Below the pieces are notes generated by a model, which saw only the letters and a list, made by a program, of their open reading frames with translations, made no database searches and was not told where the DNA came from. Positions 1 through 11,426 of a DNA stretch of 39,633 nt are shown here, in pieces. The stretch is from Desulfobacteraceae bacterium. Lineage in GTDB: Bacteria; Desulfobacterota; Desulfobacteria; Desulfobacterales; JAJDOA01. Every line of letters begins with the position of its first letter. The stretch's first letter is position 1. The position numbers were made by a program, and so were the translations under genes. The DNA lies in contig JAJDOA010000106.1 in the NCBI GenBank assembly GCA_022340405.1, positions 1 through 39,633 of the forward strand, written 5' to 3'.

Positions 1-1100
1 GCCCCGGAGGGGAAAAGGGTCGGGTAGCGGTCCTGGAATCTCTCCAGATCGAAGAGAAAAGTGCCGAATTCGTGGTACATTCCTTCCAACTTGACCAGGC
101 ATTTGTACAATTCCCGGTTTTGCTCCACGGTGGGAAAGACCCCGATCTCCTCCGTCAAATACACGGTCTTTCCGTCGGAGCAGATATACCGGGGAAACCC
201 GGAGCCGCGCGCACGGTTCCGTGTCAGAGCGGACAGGGGACGCACGGCGATACCGCCTCCGATACGGGCCTGCAGATACCGAGACAGCGGATACCGCACC
301 TGGGACAGCGGCACCGACACCTTCCACTCCCTCAGCCGGGATCGCGCCCCGCGGGTCTGAACGGAAAGAAACGCTTCTCCGGTTTCATACCGCTGGCCGG
401 CCCTTTGAAGGGCCTCCTCCACAAAACGCGCCAACTGCGGTCGGGCAAGCGAAGACAGTCCGCGCTGCAGACCGGTTACGAAGGCCTCCGCCAGTCGGAC
501 GTCGAAAGCGACCACACGGTGCAGCTGACGGATCTGATCCAGCCTGTGGACCGGGTCCATCCCGGACACCGCCTCGGGCAGGATTCGCGAAAGATGCTGG
601 CACCGGTTGTAGAGAAGGTCACCGGAAAACGCCTCCGTGAGCAGATCCAGATAGGCCGCGGCCGATTCGGCCTCCCGCTGGTCGAGCAGATTTTCCAAAA
701 TCCGCAGGGCAGGGGCGAGCGTGTAGGTGCCTTTTTCCGCCATCGTGCGGAATGCGTCCTCGAAGCTGTGCAGAAGCTCCGCACGTCCACTGTGGACAAC
801 CGGGGCCAGAAAGGTGGCCATGGCCCAGCCCAGCGTCGGACCGACGCTGCCGCAGGCGCGGGTTCGACGATGGTACGCCATAAGATCCTCGTCCGGCACC
901 GATCCCACCAGCTTCACGAATCCCCTGCATACGGCGTGGCCGAACGCGGTCTCTTGGGAATATGCCCAGGACAGGTCATCGAGGAGCCTGTGCACTGCGG
1001 GAACCTCCGGTGAAACACCGGTTTCTTTCAGATGAGAGCGAACGGTGCCGGCAAGGGAGGAAGGCAGCGCTGCCAGGGGATCCGAGGGTTGGGAGGGCAT
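1..1100 (-). CDS. NorD/CbbO-like activation protein, the usual partner of a CbbQ/NorQ ATPase. About 366 N-terminal codons are present; the 3' end lies beyond the left window edge
   Basis: Absent from the ORF track because it has no stop in the window. The reverse-complement frame from ATG 1100 reads MPSQPSDPLAALPSSLAGTV...ELYKCLVKLEGMYHEFGTF and stays open to base 3; no other minus ORF is listed in this frame. It lies directly downstream of the CbbQ/NorQ ATPase. The + strand ORF 72..1013 is its antisense shadow. The family call rests mostly on synteny, because the diagnostic VWA domain would be outside the window. Confidence 0.55.
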   Translation of the reverse strand, partial: MPSQPSDPLAALPSSLAGTVRSHLKETGVSPEVPAVHRLLDDLSWAYSQETAFGHAVCRGFVKLVGSVPDEDLMAYHRRTRACGSVGPTLGWAMATFLAPVVHSGRAELLHSFEDAFRTMAEKGTYTLAPALRILENLLDQREAESAAAYLDLLTEAFSGDLLYNRCQHLSRILPEAVSGMDPVHRLDQIRQLHRVVAFDVRLAEAFVTGLQRGLSSLARPQLARFVEEALQRAGQRYETGEAFLSVQTRGARSRLREWKVSVPLSQVRYPLSRYLQARIGGGIAVRPLSALTRNRARGSGFPRYICSDGKTVYLTEEIGVFPTVEQNRELYKCLVKLEGMYHEFGTFLFDLERFQDRYPTLFPSG

Positions 1101-1243
1101 GAAGGGGTTCCTGCCATAAGGCTGTAAAAGACGGGTTCCGGGATTTCAGCGATCGGATGTCGGAGGCCCGATGTGCGATAGAAAAAAGCAACCGTTTTTC
1201 TCTGCAGCCGCCATCGGAAATCGGAGATCCGGCAGTTATCCCA

Positions 1244-2059
1244 TTAGAACAGATCCTCCACCAGATCGGCAAGGGTCTCCTGCAGTCGATTGTCGTCGGT
1301 CAGGGGTCGGCATACCGCCGCAAAGCAGGCCTTTCGGGCTTCGATGCCGCGGGCAATAAGCCTTGCCGCGTAAATCAGCAGGCGTGTGGACGCACCTTCG
1401 GTGAGCCCCTGGTCACGGATATTGCGAATTCGGCCTGCCAGGGCGACCAGCCGGGCGGCTGTCTCCAAGCTTGTTCCGCCTTCCCGGAATACGATCTCGG
1501 CCTCTTTTTCGGCTGACGGGTAATGAAAATCCAGACTCACGAAGCGCTGGCGTGTGCTTTGCTTCAGATCCTTGAGGACGGACTGATATCCCGGGTTGTA
1601 CGAAATCACCATTGCGAAATCGGGGTGAGCGGGGAGAATTTCCCCTTTCTTGTCGATGCTCAGGGTACGCCGGTCGTCCGTCAGGGGGTGGATGACCACG
1701 GTGGTGTCTTTGCGAGCCTCCACAATCTCGTCCAGATAGCAGATGGCGCCGACGCGAACGGCTCGGGTCAGGGGGCCGTCCATCCAGACCGTCTCTTCGT
1801 TGCGGAGAAGGTAACGGCCGATGAGATCGGAAGCGAACAGATCCTCGTGGCAGGCCACCGTGATCAAGGGCCTGCCGAGACGGTACGCCATGTATTCCAC
1901 GAAGCGGGTTTTTCCGCATCCGGTCGGCCCCTTCAGCATCACGGGGAGTCTGGCATCGTAGGCGGCCTCGAAGACGGCGATCTCGTTGTCGGCCGGAAGG
2001 TAATAGGGCTCCTCCCGAACCCGTCGTTCCTCCGCCTCGGGGGTCTTCCACTGCTGCAT
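1244..2059 (-). CDS. CbbQ/NorQ/NirQ-family MoxR-type AAA+ ATPase
   Basis: ORF 1244..2080. Walker A is [12 protein letters not shown] and Walker B is [10 protein letters not shown]. Family-typical blocks are [28 protein letters not shown] and VISYNPGYQ. Start placed at ATG 2059 (M8), which has AAGGTG 5 nt upstream; ATG 2080 has no RBS. Confidence 0.9.
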   Translation of the reverse strand: MQQWKTPEAEERRVREEPYYLPADNEIAVFEAAYDARLPVMLKGPTGCGKTRFVEYMAYRLGRPLITVACHEDLFASDLIGRYLLRNEETVWMDGPLTRAVRVGAICYLDEIVEARKDTTVVIHPLTDDRRTLSIDKKGEILPAHPDFAMVISYNPGYQSVLKDLKQSTRQRFVSLDFHYPSAEKEAEIVFREGGTSLETAARLVALAGRIRNIRDQGLTEGASTRLLIYAARLIARGIEARKACFAAVCRPLTDDNRLQETLADLVEDLF

Positions 2060-2073
2060 GCATTCACCTTGCA

Positions 2074-2101
2074 TTGACATTCGCGTTGCTGTAGCTATAA
2101 T
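2074..2101 (+). promoter_or_regulatory. Sigma70-type promoter, consensus TTGACA-16 nt-TATAAT, facing the TraB gene
   Basis: TTGACA at 2074-2079 and TATAAT at 2096-2101, read directly from the sequence. The predicted TSS near 2108 is only about 5 nt before ATG 2113. Confidence 0.5.
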
Positions 2102-2112
2102 CGATTGTTTCG

Positions 2113-3354
2113 ATGAACGGGGCCCCGCAGTCCGGGATCGACGCTGAACGACTCCCCGCCATCATCGCAGAGAGCATACCGTCGATGCCTACGAAAGACA
2201 ACAACCAGATGATTCACCGGCTGCGCCACCAGGGGCGTGAATTCGTTCTCGTCGGAACCGCTCATGTCTCCCGGGAAAGCGTTGAGCTGGTGCGCGAAAT
2301 CGTGGAGCAGGAGCAGCCCGATACGGTCTGCGTGGAGTTGTGCGAGTCGCGGTTTCAATCTCTCCGGCAGAACGCCCGATGGAAGGACATGGACATCGTA
2401 AAGGTGATCCGGGAAAAGAAGTCTTTCCTTCTTCTTTCCAACCTCCTTCTGGCATCGTTTCAGAAACGCATCGCCGAAAAGCTGGACATTCAACCCGGCC
2501 AGGAAATGATCCAGGCGGTCGAGTCGGCCGAAGCCATCGGTGCCGCCGTCGAGCTGGCGGATCGCGACATTCGCATCACCCTTTCCCGAACCTGGCGGCA
2601 CATGGGTTTCTGGGCGAAGATCAAACTGGGGTTTCAGCTGCTGATGTCGATGGGCGAGGCGGAAGAGATCGACGAGGAAACCGTGGAGCGGCTGAAAAAC
2701 CAGGATGTGCTGGAAAGCGTCCTTGCCGAGGTGGGGCAATCCATGCCCGTCGTGCGCCGCATCCTCATCGATGAAAGAGACCGCTACCTGTCTCAGAAAA
2801 TCCGCAATGCCCCCGGCGACAAGGTCGTGGCCGTGGTTGGGGCGGGTCATCTGGGAGGAATCCTGCGATGCTGGGAGGAGTCGGTCCATCTGCAGGACCT
2901 GGAGACGCTGCCGGAACCCAGTGTCTGGACCCGCCATTTGAAGTGGATCCTTCCGGGTATGATTCTCGCCCTGCTGGTGGGGGGGTTCTTTTACGGCGGA
3001 GCCCGAACCGGCTCTCACATGATCGCCTGGTGGGTTCTGGCCAACGGCGTACTGGCCGGCGTCGGAGCCATCGCGGCCCTGGCCCATCCTTTCACGGTCG
3101 TATCGTCGGTGATCGCCGCTCCGTTGACCTCTCTCAACCCCATGATCGCCGCCGGGTGGGTATCCGGACTCGTCGAGGCTTTCACACGCAAGCCCAAAGT
3201 GATCGACTTTGAAAACCTTCCTGTCGACATCACCACGTTCAAGGGCTTCTGGCGCAACAAGATCACCCGGATCCTGCTGGTGGTGGTTTTCACCAACCTG
3301 GGCAGCGCAGCCGGCACCTTTATCGCCATTCCGCTGATGATCAGGGTCCTCTAA
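2113..3354 (+). CDS. TraB/PrgY (GumN-like) family protein with a C-terminal membrane domain
   Basis: ORF 413 aa. Carries the TraB-family N-terminal block [32 protein letters not shown]. The C-terminal third is hydrophobic ([17 protein letters not shown].., [22 protein letters not shown]). An alternative start is ATG 2185 (M25). Confidence 0.8.
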   Translation: MNGAPQSGIDAERLPAIIAESIPSMPTKDNNQMIHRLRHQGREFVLVGTAHVSRESVELVREIVEQEQPDTVCVELCESRFQSLRQNARWKDMDIVKVIREKKSFLLLSNLLLASFQKRIAEKLDIQPGQEMIQAVESAEAIGAAVELADRDIRITLSRTWRHMGFWAKIKLGFQLLMSMGEAEEIDEETVERLKNQDVLESVLAEVGQSMPVVRRILIDERDRYLSQKIRNAPGDKVVAVVGAGHLGGILRCWEESVHLQDLETLPEPSVWTRHLKWILPGMILALLVGGFFYGGARTGSHMIAWWVLANGVLAGVGAIAALAHPFTVVSSVIAAPLTSLNPMIAAGWVSGLVEAFTRKPKVIDFENLPVDITTFKGFWRNKITRILLVVVFTNLGSAAGTFIAIPLMIRVL

Positions 3355-3420
3355 ATACGAAATCATCGCGACGCGAGCCGCGAACCGGCGGCCGGAAAAG
3401 CGGGAAACAGCACAAACCAC

Positions 3421-4182
3421 CTAACCTGGCCGTATCTCCACCACAGTCCGCCCCGCGTCGGTCCGCACACATCGCAGCCGGTTTTCGGCGGCCATGCGGA
3501 TGCACTCCGGATACAGCTCCCACTCCCGTGCCAGGCCTTTTTGCCGAACCGATTCCAGCGTGTCCTCCGGTTCGATGGAGAAACAGCGCTGGCCGACGAT
3601 GGGCCCGGTGTCCTCGCCGTAATCGACGAAGTGAACGGTACAGCCTCCCACTTTGCAGCCATAGCGAAACGTGTCTCCATAGCCGTCGGTGCCGGGAAAG
3701 GCCGGAAGCAGAGCCGGATGAATGTTCAGAATGCGCGGATGCATCGGGTCGGGGCTGAAGCGGTCGATGAAGTAGGGCGTCAGCACCCGCATGAACCCGG
3801 CCAGCACCAGCAGGTCCACATCGAAGGGGCGGATGCCTTCCAGCAGCATGGACTCCGCCACGGCCCGGGACACCAGAAAGCGGCGCACGTGCCGGGGGTC
3901 GGCTTCATCCGGAAAAACACGGATTTTGCGGCGAATCTCCTCCAGATGAAAATCCTCCGGCGCGCGCAGCCGGGATGCGCCGGAAATGACGGACTTGTAG
4001 TCCACGACAACCTTCGGAATGCCGTGGGATGCGGCCCGTTGCAGGCCTCCCGCCGCCGGATTGTCCGACCCGACGAACGCCAGCCGGGCATCCACCCTTC
4101 CCTCGTTGCAGGCATTGATGATGGACTGAAGATTGGTTCCCCCGCCGCTGACGAGGACGCCGAATCGAAAGGGTTGGCTCAT
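3421..4182 (-). CDS. purN: Phosphoribosylglycinamide formyltransferase
   Basis: 253 aa. Motifs GVLVSGGGTNLQSII, LAGFMRVL, NIHPALLPAFPG and CTVHFVD. Carries an insertion of about 35 aa after VVVDYK relative to E. coli PurN. Confidence 0.9.
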   Translation of the reverse strand: MSQPFRFGVLVSGGGTNLQSIINACNEGRVDARLAFVGSDNPAAGGLQRAASHGIPKVVVDYKSVISGASRLRAPEDFHLEEIRRKIRVFPDEADPRHVRRFLVSRAVAESMLLEGIRPFDVDLLVLAGFMRVLTPYFIDRFSPDPMHPRILNIHPALLPAFPGTDGYGDTFRYGCKVGGCTVHFVDYGEDTGPIVGQRCFSIEPEDTLESVRQKGLAREWELYPECIRMAAENRLRCVRTDAGRTVVEIRPG

Positions 4183-4253
4183 CGGGTCGGCTCCAACGGT
4201 TTACCCGGGAAATTCCGGCTGTTTCTGCGGGGCAGGACACCCATGGCACGAGG

Positions 4254-4282
4254 TTGACAACACGGGAGTGCAATACTATAAT
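4254..4282 (+). promoter_or_regulatory. Sigma70-type promoter, consensus TTGACA-17 nt-TATAAT, for trxA
   Basis: TTGACA at 4254-4259 and TATAAT at 4277-4282, 48 nt upstream of the trxA ATG. AAGGAAA RBS lies before ATG 4330. Confidence 0.6.
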
Positions 4283-4329
4283 TTCTTCTGTTTGAAAACC
4301 CTCGGAACGTCAACGAAAGGAAACCCCTC

Positions 4330-4656
4330 ATGGCAGGAAATGTTGCGGAAATAGACGACAGCCGATTCGAGACGGAAGTGATCCAGTCGGATCAGCCCGT
4401 ACTGGTCGATTTTTGGGCCCCTTGGTGCGGGCCCTGCAAGGCCATCGGACCGGTCATCGAAGAATTGGCCAACAATTTTGGAGACAGAGTCAAGTTCATG
4501 AAGTGCAACGTGGACGACAACCCGGTGACACCCGGAAAGTACGGCATCAAGGCTATCCCCACGCTGATTTTCTTCAAGTCCGGAAAAGTGGCCGATCAGA
4601 TTACGGGCATGGTCGCCAAATCCAAGCTGGAAGAGTCTATCAACAACGTCCTTTAA
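4330..4656 (+). CDS. trxA: Thioredoxin
   Basis: 108 aa with the WCGPCK active site and a typical length. Confidence 0.95.
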   Translation: MAGNVAEIDDSRFETEVIQSDQPVLVDFWAPWCGPCKAIGPVIEELANNFGDRVKFMKCNVDDNPVTPGKYGIKAIPTLIFFKSGKVADQITGMVAKSKLEESINNVL

Positions 4657-4702
4657 CATGCTAACATGCGACATTCCTCCCCGGGGCTTCCCGGTGTCCG
4701 AA

Positions 4703-4741
4703 CGGCGGTGGATACCGCAGCAAACCCACCGCCGTTTTTTT
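4703..4741 (+). terminator. Rho-independent terminator after trxA
   Basis: Stem CGGCGGTGG (4703-4711) pairs with CCACCGCCG (4726-4734) and is followed by T7 (4735-4741). Confidence 0.7.
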
Positions 4742-4779
4742 GCATGGAAGCGCGGTGTAGGAATCAATGGAGCCGCTCC

Positions 4780-5442
4780 ATGGCCCGACCCAGTTTGGCG
4801 CTGTTTGTTGTGGCCGTCTTCTTGTTGACCGGCTGTGCCTGGTTCCAGCGGGTGGAAGACAAGCCCGCACAGGAATTGGCGGTGGATGGAATGGAGGCAC
4901 TTAAGGAGGGAAACTACAAGACGGCGCTGGAAGAATTCCAGAAGCTCAAAGATTGGTATCCTTTCAGCAAGTACGCGATTCTGGCGGAGTTGAAAATCGG
5001 CGACGCGCACTATCACCTGGATGAATACGAAGAGGCCGTCGTTGCCTACGAGAACTTTGAAAATCTCCATCCCCGAAACGAGGCCGTACCCTATGTAGTG
5101 TACCAGATCGGAAGATGCTACTTCGACCGCATCGACACGGTGGATCGGGATCAGGCGAACGCCCGCCGAGCCCTGGAAACCTTTCGGCGTCTACAAAAGC
5201 AGTTTCCGGACACGAGCTACGCCAAACATTCGGCGGAGCACATCGACAAGTGCCTGAAGAGCATGGCCGGGCATGACCTGTACGTCGGGCTGTACTACCT
5301 GAAAATGAAGCATTACAACGCGGCCTTGCACCGCTTCCTCTCCGTGGTGCGTGAGTATCCCGACGTGGGCGTGCACCACGAGGCCCTGCAGTTCATCGCC
5401 GAGGCGGAACGAAAGCTGCAGGAGACGTCGGAAGAGAACTAG
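4780..5442 (+). CDS. bamD: Outer membrane protein assembly factor BamD (YfiO-like TPR lipoprotein)
   Basis: ORF 4666..5442 trimmed to ATG 4780. This gives the signal peptide and lipobox MARPSLALFVVAVFLLTGC. TPR-like body with the BamD-typical KYAILAELKIGDAHY..YPDTSYA. Confidence 0.8.
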   Translation: MARPSLALFVVAVFLLTGCAWFQRVEDKPAQELAVDGMEALKEGNYKTALEEFQKLKDWYPFSKYAILAELKIGDAHYHLDEYEEAVVAYENFENLHPRNEAVPYVVYQIGRCYFDRIDTVDRDQANARRALETFRRLQKQFPDTSYAKHSAEHIDKCLKSMAGHDLYVGLYYLKMKHYNAALHRFLSVVREYPDVGVHHEALQFIAEAERKLQETSEEN

Positions 5443-5443
5443 A

Positions 5444-5581
5444 AGCCATCTCAAAATTAGGATTTTCGTTCAAGGTCCAGGAGGATTCGAGGTTTCAGCC
5501 ACAGGAATACTGCCGTATTTCGAGGACTGGAAACGAGGACCCGACGCCGAGATGGGGCGAAAAGACAATTTTGAGACGGCT
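5444..5581. other. 138-nt imperfect long hairpin. Candidate structured RNA or palindromic element; function unknown
   Basis: AGCCATCTCAAAATT (5444-5458) pairs 14/15 with AATTTTGAGACGGCT (5567-5581). Nested helices are 5463-5468:5558-5563, 5474-5478:5537-5541 and 5493-5498:5527-5533, plus an apical hairpin at 5504-5521. Confidence 0.4.
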
Positions 5582-5593
5582 TCTAAAAAAAGA

Positions 5594-5622
5594 TTTACAT
5601 CCCGGACGTTCTGGGATATGAA
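5594..5622 (+). promoter_or_regulatory. Candidate sigma70 promoter for rpmB (TTTACA-17 nt-TATGAA)
   Basis: TTTACA at 5594-5599 and TATGAA at 5617-5622, 40 nt upstream of ATG 5662. Both hexamers are imperfect. Confidence 0.3.
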
Positions 5623-5661
5623 TGCGCCTTTCCCAAACCCTATGCACCGGAGACGAAGGCG

Positions 5662-5853
5662 ATGTCCAAAATTTGCGAAATATGCGGAAAGAAGCCCATC
5701 GTAGGGAACTACGTCAGTCACGCCCATAACGTGAACAAGCGGCGTTTCAACCCCAATCTGCAAAAGGTGCGAGCCCAGCAAGGGGGGAGGGTGCGCAAGA
5801 TGGTGGTGTGCACCACGTGCATCAAATCCGGCCACATCGTCAAAGCCCCCTGA
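5662..5853 (+). CDS. rpmB: 50S ribosomal protein L28
   Basis: 63 aa, [34 protein letters not shown]. Confidence 0.95.
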   Translation: MSKICEICGKKPIVGNYVSHAHNVNKRRFNPNLQKVRAQQGGRVRKMVVCTTCIKSGHIVKAP

Positions 5854-5871
5854 CCGCCCGCCTCGCCTCCC

Positions 5872-8025
<2,154 letters not shown>

Positions 8026-8031
8026 GCGGCA

Positions 8032-9552
8032 TCAATAGGCTTTGGCGAAAACCACACGGCGCTCGCTGGGCCGTCCGCAGCAGATGCATCGACCGCTCTG
8101 CCGTTCGCCGTCAAAAGGGACGCACCGGATGGTGGCGTTCAGATCGTTTTTGATATCGGCTTCGCAGGCTTCGGCGCCGCACCAGTGCGACAATGCGAAC
8201 CCGCCGTGGATTTCCGGCTTGGATTCGTTTTTCGGTGTGAAAAAGGAGGTGAACGCCTCCTTTTCGTCAATGGAGACCGTGTTCTCCCGGCGGAAGTCCC
8301 TGGCACGGTTGAACAGGGTCTGTTGGATCTCGTCCAGGATCGTTTTGATCTCCCCGACGAAACGATTCCGGTCCATGGAGGTTTTTTCCCGGTGGCCTCG
8401 GTCGCGGCGGGCGAAGAATACGGCCTCGTTGTCGATGTCCCTCGGCCCGATCTCCACGCGCAGCGGGATTCCCTTGCGAATCCAGTCCCACCCGCGGGCG
8501 CCCCCGATGTCCCTTGTGTCGATTTCCACCACCAGATTTCGTCCGTGGTAGCGCAGCTGCCTCAGCTCAGCGGCCAGCGCGCGCGTGTAGTCCATAACCC
8601 GGCCGGCCTGGTCCGGGTCGTGCAGAATTGGCAGGAGCACCACCTGCGCCGAGGCGATTTTTGGCGGCAGGATGAGCCCGTCGTCGTCGCTGTGGGTCAT
8701 GATCAGGCCGCCGATCATGCGTGTGGAGGTGCCCCACGAGGTCGTCCAGGCGAAGTCCTCCGATTCGTCCGCGTTTTGGAAACGAATATCGGAGGCCCGG
8801 GCAAAATTCTGCCCTAAGAAATGGGATGTTCCCACTTGGAGGGCCTTTCGGTCCTGCATCATGGCCTCGATGCACTCCGTCTCCACGGCGCCGGGGAATC
8901 GCTCGGAGGCTGTCTTCCGACCCTTGATGACCGGGATGGCCAAAAATTGTTCGGCAAAATCGGCATAGACATTGAGCATCATTCGGGTTCTTTCCACAGC
9001 CTCGTCCGCCGTGGCATGGGCCGTATGGCCTTCCTGCCAGAGGAATTCACTGGTACGCAGGAAAATGCGGGTCCGCATTTCCCATCGGACAACGTTGGCC
9101 CACTGGTTGATCAGCACCGGCAGGTCTCGGTAGCTGTTGATCCAGCGGGAAAAGGATTCTCCGATGATGGTCTCGGAGGTGGGCCGCACGACCAGGGGCT
9201 CCTGCAGTTTTCCGGCCGGGACGAGGCCGCCTTCAGGACCCTTCTCCAGGCGGTGGTGGGTGACCACGGCGCATTCCTTGGCAAAGCCTTCCACATGCTC
9301 GGCTTCCTTTTCCAGAAAGCTCAATGGAATGAAAAGGGGGAAATACGCGTTTTTCACACCCGTGGCTTTGAACATGTCGTCCATCGCTCGGACGATATTT
9401 TCCCATAACCCATAGCCCCAGGGTTTGATCACCATGCAGCCGCGTACCGGGGAACGCTCTGCAAGATCGGAGAGTCGGATCACCTGTTGATACCACTCCG
9501 GATAGTCTTCTTCGCGGGTCGGCGTGATGGCCGTACGCTGTTTGCTTCCCAT
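8032..9552 (-). CDS. proS: Proline--tRNA ligase, archaeal/eukaryote-like short form
   Basis: ORF 8032..9594 trimmed to ATG 9552, which has GAGGGA 8 nt upstream. Class II aaRS motifs are present. There is no long insertion (editing) domain. The C-terminus has a Cys cluster (CICCGRP) and ends in Tyr, as in this ProRS type. Confidence 0.9.
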   Translation of the reverse strand: MGSKQRTAITPTREEDYPEWYQQVIRLSDLAERSPVRGCMVIKPWGYGLWENIVRAMDDMFKATGVKNAYFPLFIPLSFLEKEAEHVEGFAKECAVVTHHRLEKGPEGGLVPAGKLQEPLVVRPTSETIIGESFSRWINSYRDLPVLINQWANVVRWEMRTRIFLRTSEFLWQEGHTAHATADEAVERTRMMLNVYADFAEQFLAIPVIKGRKTASERFPGAVETECIEAMMQDRKALQVGTSHFLGQNFARASDIRFQNADESEDFAWTTSWGTSTRMIGGLIMTHSDDDGLILPPKIASAQVVLLPILHDPDQAGRVMDYTRALAAELRQLRYHGRNLVVEIDTRDIGGARGWDWIRKGIPLRVEIGPRDIDNEAVFFARRDRGHREKTSMDRNRFVGEIKTILDEIQQTLFNRARDFRRENTVSIDEKEAFTSFFTPKNESKPEIHGGFALSHWCGAEACEADIKNDLNATIRCVPFDGERQSGRCICCGRPSERRVVFAKAY

Positions 9553-9639
9553 GTTCGAATCCCTCGTTGGTTGTCGTATTTGCAATCCCATCACTGCCCG
9601 GATCCGGGGGGCGTATTCACGGAAAAAAGGAAGAAACGA

Positions 9640-10803
9640 TCATTGAACCGGATTTCTTTCCGGCGGATCATCCTCGGAGTCGAATGCGCCTTTCTCTTTC
9701 AAAGAGCGGATTTCCTCCAGCAACACGGCCGCCAGGCGGTCCTGTGGAACCGATCGCACCACTTTGCCCTTGCGGAACAGCACCCCTTTGCCGTCGCCGC
9801 CGGCAACGCCCACATCGGCCTCACGGGCCTCGCCGGGACCGTTGACGACACAGCCCATAATCGCGATTTTGCAGGGCTGCTTTTCGAACAGCAGCGCCGC
9901 CTCCACCTCTTCGACGATGGCAAACAGGTCGATCTGGCATCGACCGCAGGTAGGGCAGGAGATGATTTCCGGACCCCTGCGGCGGATACCCAGCGCACGC
10001 AGGATCTCGTACCCGACCCGAACCTCCTCCACCGGATCCCGGGTCAGGGAAACGCGGAGCGTATCGCCGATTCCCTCGGAAAGGAGCATGCCGATGCCCA
10101 GAGACGATTTGACGATGCCGGCAAACAGTCCCCCCGCCTCGGTGACGCCCACGTGCAGCGGCACGTCCGACCGCGTCGACAGCAGCCGGTAGGCGGCCAG
10201 TGTTCGCGGCACGTCCGAGGCTTTGAGGGACACCTTGATATCGGTAAAGTTCATTTCCTCGAGCTGCCGGACATGCCGCAGGGCGCTTTCCACCATGGCT
10301 TCGGCGGTGACGCCTCCGTACCGGTGCAGCAGGTCCTTTTCCAGGGATCCGGCATTGACGCCGACACGAATGGCCAGCCCCCGTTCACGGGCGGCGTCCA
10401 CCACGGCCCGGACCTTTGTTTTCCCGCCGATGTTGCCCGGATTGATCCGCAGGCCGTCCGCGCCGGCTTCGGCGGCCGCTATGGCCAGCCGGTGGTCGAA
10501 ATGCACGTCCGCAATGACGGGAATTTGCACCCGCCGACGGATTTCGGTAATGGCCGCCGCCGCCGGTCGGTCCGGCACCGCCACGCGTACCAGCTCGCAA
10601 CCGGCCTTTTCGAGGCGACGGATCTGCTTTACGGTTGCGTCCACGTCCCGGGTGGGCGTGTTCGTCATGGACTGCACCGTAATCGGAGCTCCACCGCCCA
10701 CCTGGATGTTTCCGACCCTTACCGGCCGGGTCCGCTTTCGTTGGATGGAAAATGACATGCAATCGTCTGGGACGAGGGTACCGATGGCGGCGGAACGGCT
10801 CAT
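9640..10803 (-). CDS. ispG: 4-hydroxy-3-methylbut-2-en-1-yl diphosphate synthase
   Basis: Motifs VGGGAPITVQSMTNT and the C-terminal Fe-S cysteines (CPTCGRC). ATG 10803 overlaps the upstream stop as ATGA. An alternative start is ATG 10758. Confidence 0.9.
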   Translation of the reverse strand: MSRSAAIGTLVPDDCMSFSIQRKRTRPVRVGNIQVGGGAPITVQSMTNTPTRDVDATVKQIRRLEKAGCELVRVAVPDRPAAAAITEIRRRVQIPVIADVHFDHRLAIAAAEAGADGLRINPGNIGGKTKVRAVVDAARERGLAIRVGVNAGSLEKDLLHRYGGVTAEAMVESALRHVRQLEEMNFTDIKVSLKASDVPRTLAAYRLLSTRSDVPLHVGVTEAGGLFAGIVKSSLGIGMLLSEGIGDTLRVSLTRDPVEEVRVGYEILRALGIRRRGPEIISCPTCGRCQIDLFAIVEEVEAALLFEKQPCKIAIMGCVVNGPGEAREADVGVAGGDGKGVLFRKGKVVRSVPQDRLAAVLLEEIRSLKEKGAFDSEDDPPERNPVQ

Positions 10804-11426
10804 CCGATTCGGGCAAATGGATTGGTGCGCTTTTCCCTGCCGATCGTTGTGGTTCCCATGTGCCCGGCATAGACCACCGTATCGTCGGGGAGTGTGAACA
10901 ACTTGTTTTGAATGGCGTTGATCAGGGTGCCGTAGTCACCGCCCGGAAAATCCGTTCTTCCAATGGATCCGGCAAACAGGGCGTCGCCGACGAAAACCAC
11001 CCCGTCGGCGTACAGGGAAATTCCGCCGGGCGTGTGGCCGGGAGTGTGGAGTACCCGAAAAGTGATATTTCCCACGGAGATTTCGTCACCGTCTTCGACG
11101 GTGCGGTCCGCATCCGGGCTGTTTTCCGCCGTCATCCCCCATGAGGCTGCACTGGCGGCCAGACTCTGCAGCATGCCGGCGTCAGCTGCGTGGATAATGA
11201 TGGGCGCTCCCGTGGCCTCTTTCATGCGACGGTTGGCTCCGACGTGGTCGAAGTGGCCATGTGTATTGATGATGGCCTCCACCTTCAATGAATGCTCGGC
11301 CAGGCTCATCAGGATTCGATCGGCTTCATCCCCGGGATCGATGACGGCGGCTTTTCGGGTATCTTCACAGCCCACAACAAAGCAATTTGCCTGGATGGGG
11401 CCGACGGTCAGGGATTCGATGATCAA
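10800..11426 (-). CDS. MBL-fold metallo-hydrolase (glyoxalase II-like)
   Basis: 208 aa with the HTHGHFDH motif. The start codon is TTG at 11426, with GGAG 6 nt upstream, and it overlaps the nusB stop (TTGA). Confidence 0.85.
   Translation of the reverse strand: MIIESLTVGPIQANCFVVGCEDTRKAAVIDPGDEADRILMSLAEHSLKVEAIINTHGHFDHVGANRRMKEATGAPIIIHAADAGMLQSLAASAASWGMTAENSPDADRTVEDGDEISVGNITFRVLHTPGHTPGGISLYADGVVFVGDALFAGSIGRTDFPGGDYGTLINAIQNKLFTLPDDTVVYAGHMGTTTIGREKRTNPFARIG

Noticed and set aside
72-1013. 313-aa ORF on the + strand
   Set aside because: Arg/Gly/Pro/His-rich junk composition. It lies exactly antisense to an open minus-strand frame with protein-like sequence that starts at ATG 1100.
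4244-4259. Sigma54-like TGGCAC-N5-TGAC, and a similar TGGCAC at 26781
   Set aside because: The -12 element does not match TTGC. The first overlaps a perfect sigma70 -35 hexamer. The second would put the TSS on the Nudix start codon.
5444-5581. SRP (4.5S) RNA, or an intrinsic terminator for bamD
   Set aside because: It has no GGAA-capped conserved SRP apical motif, and no U-tract follows the stem. The A-run that follows would lie upstream of the stem on the minus strand, so it is not a terminator there either.
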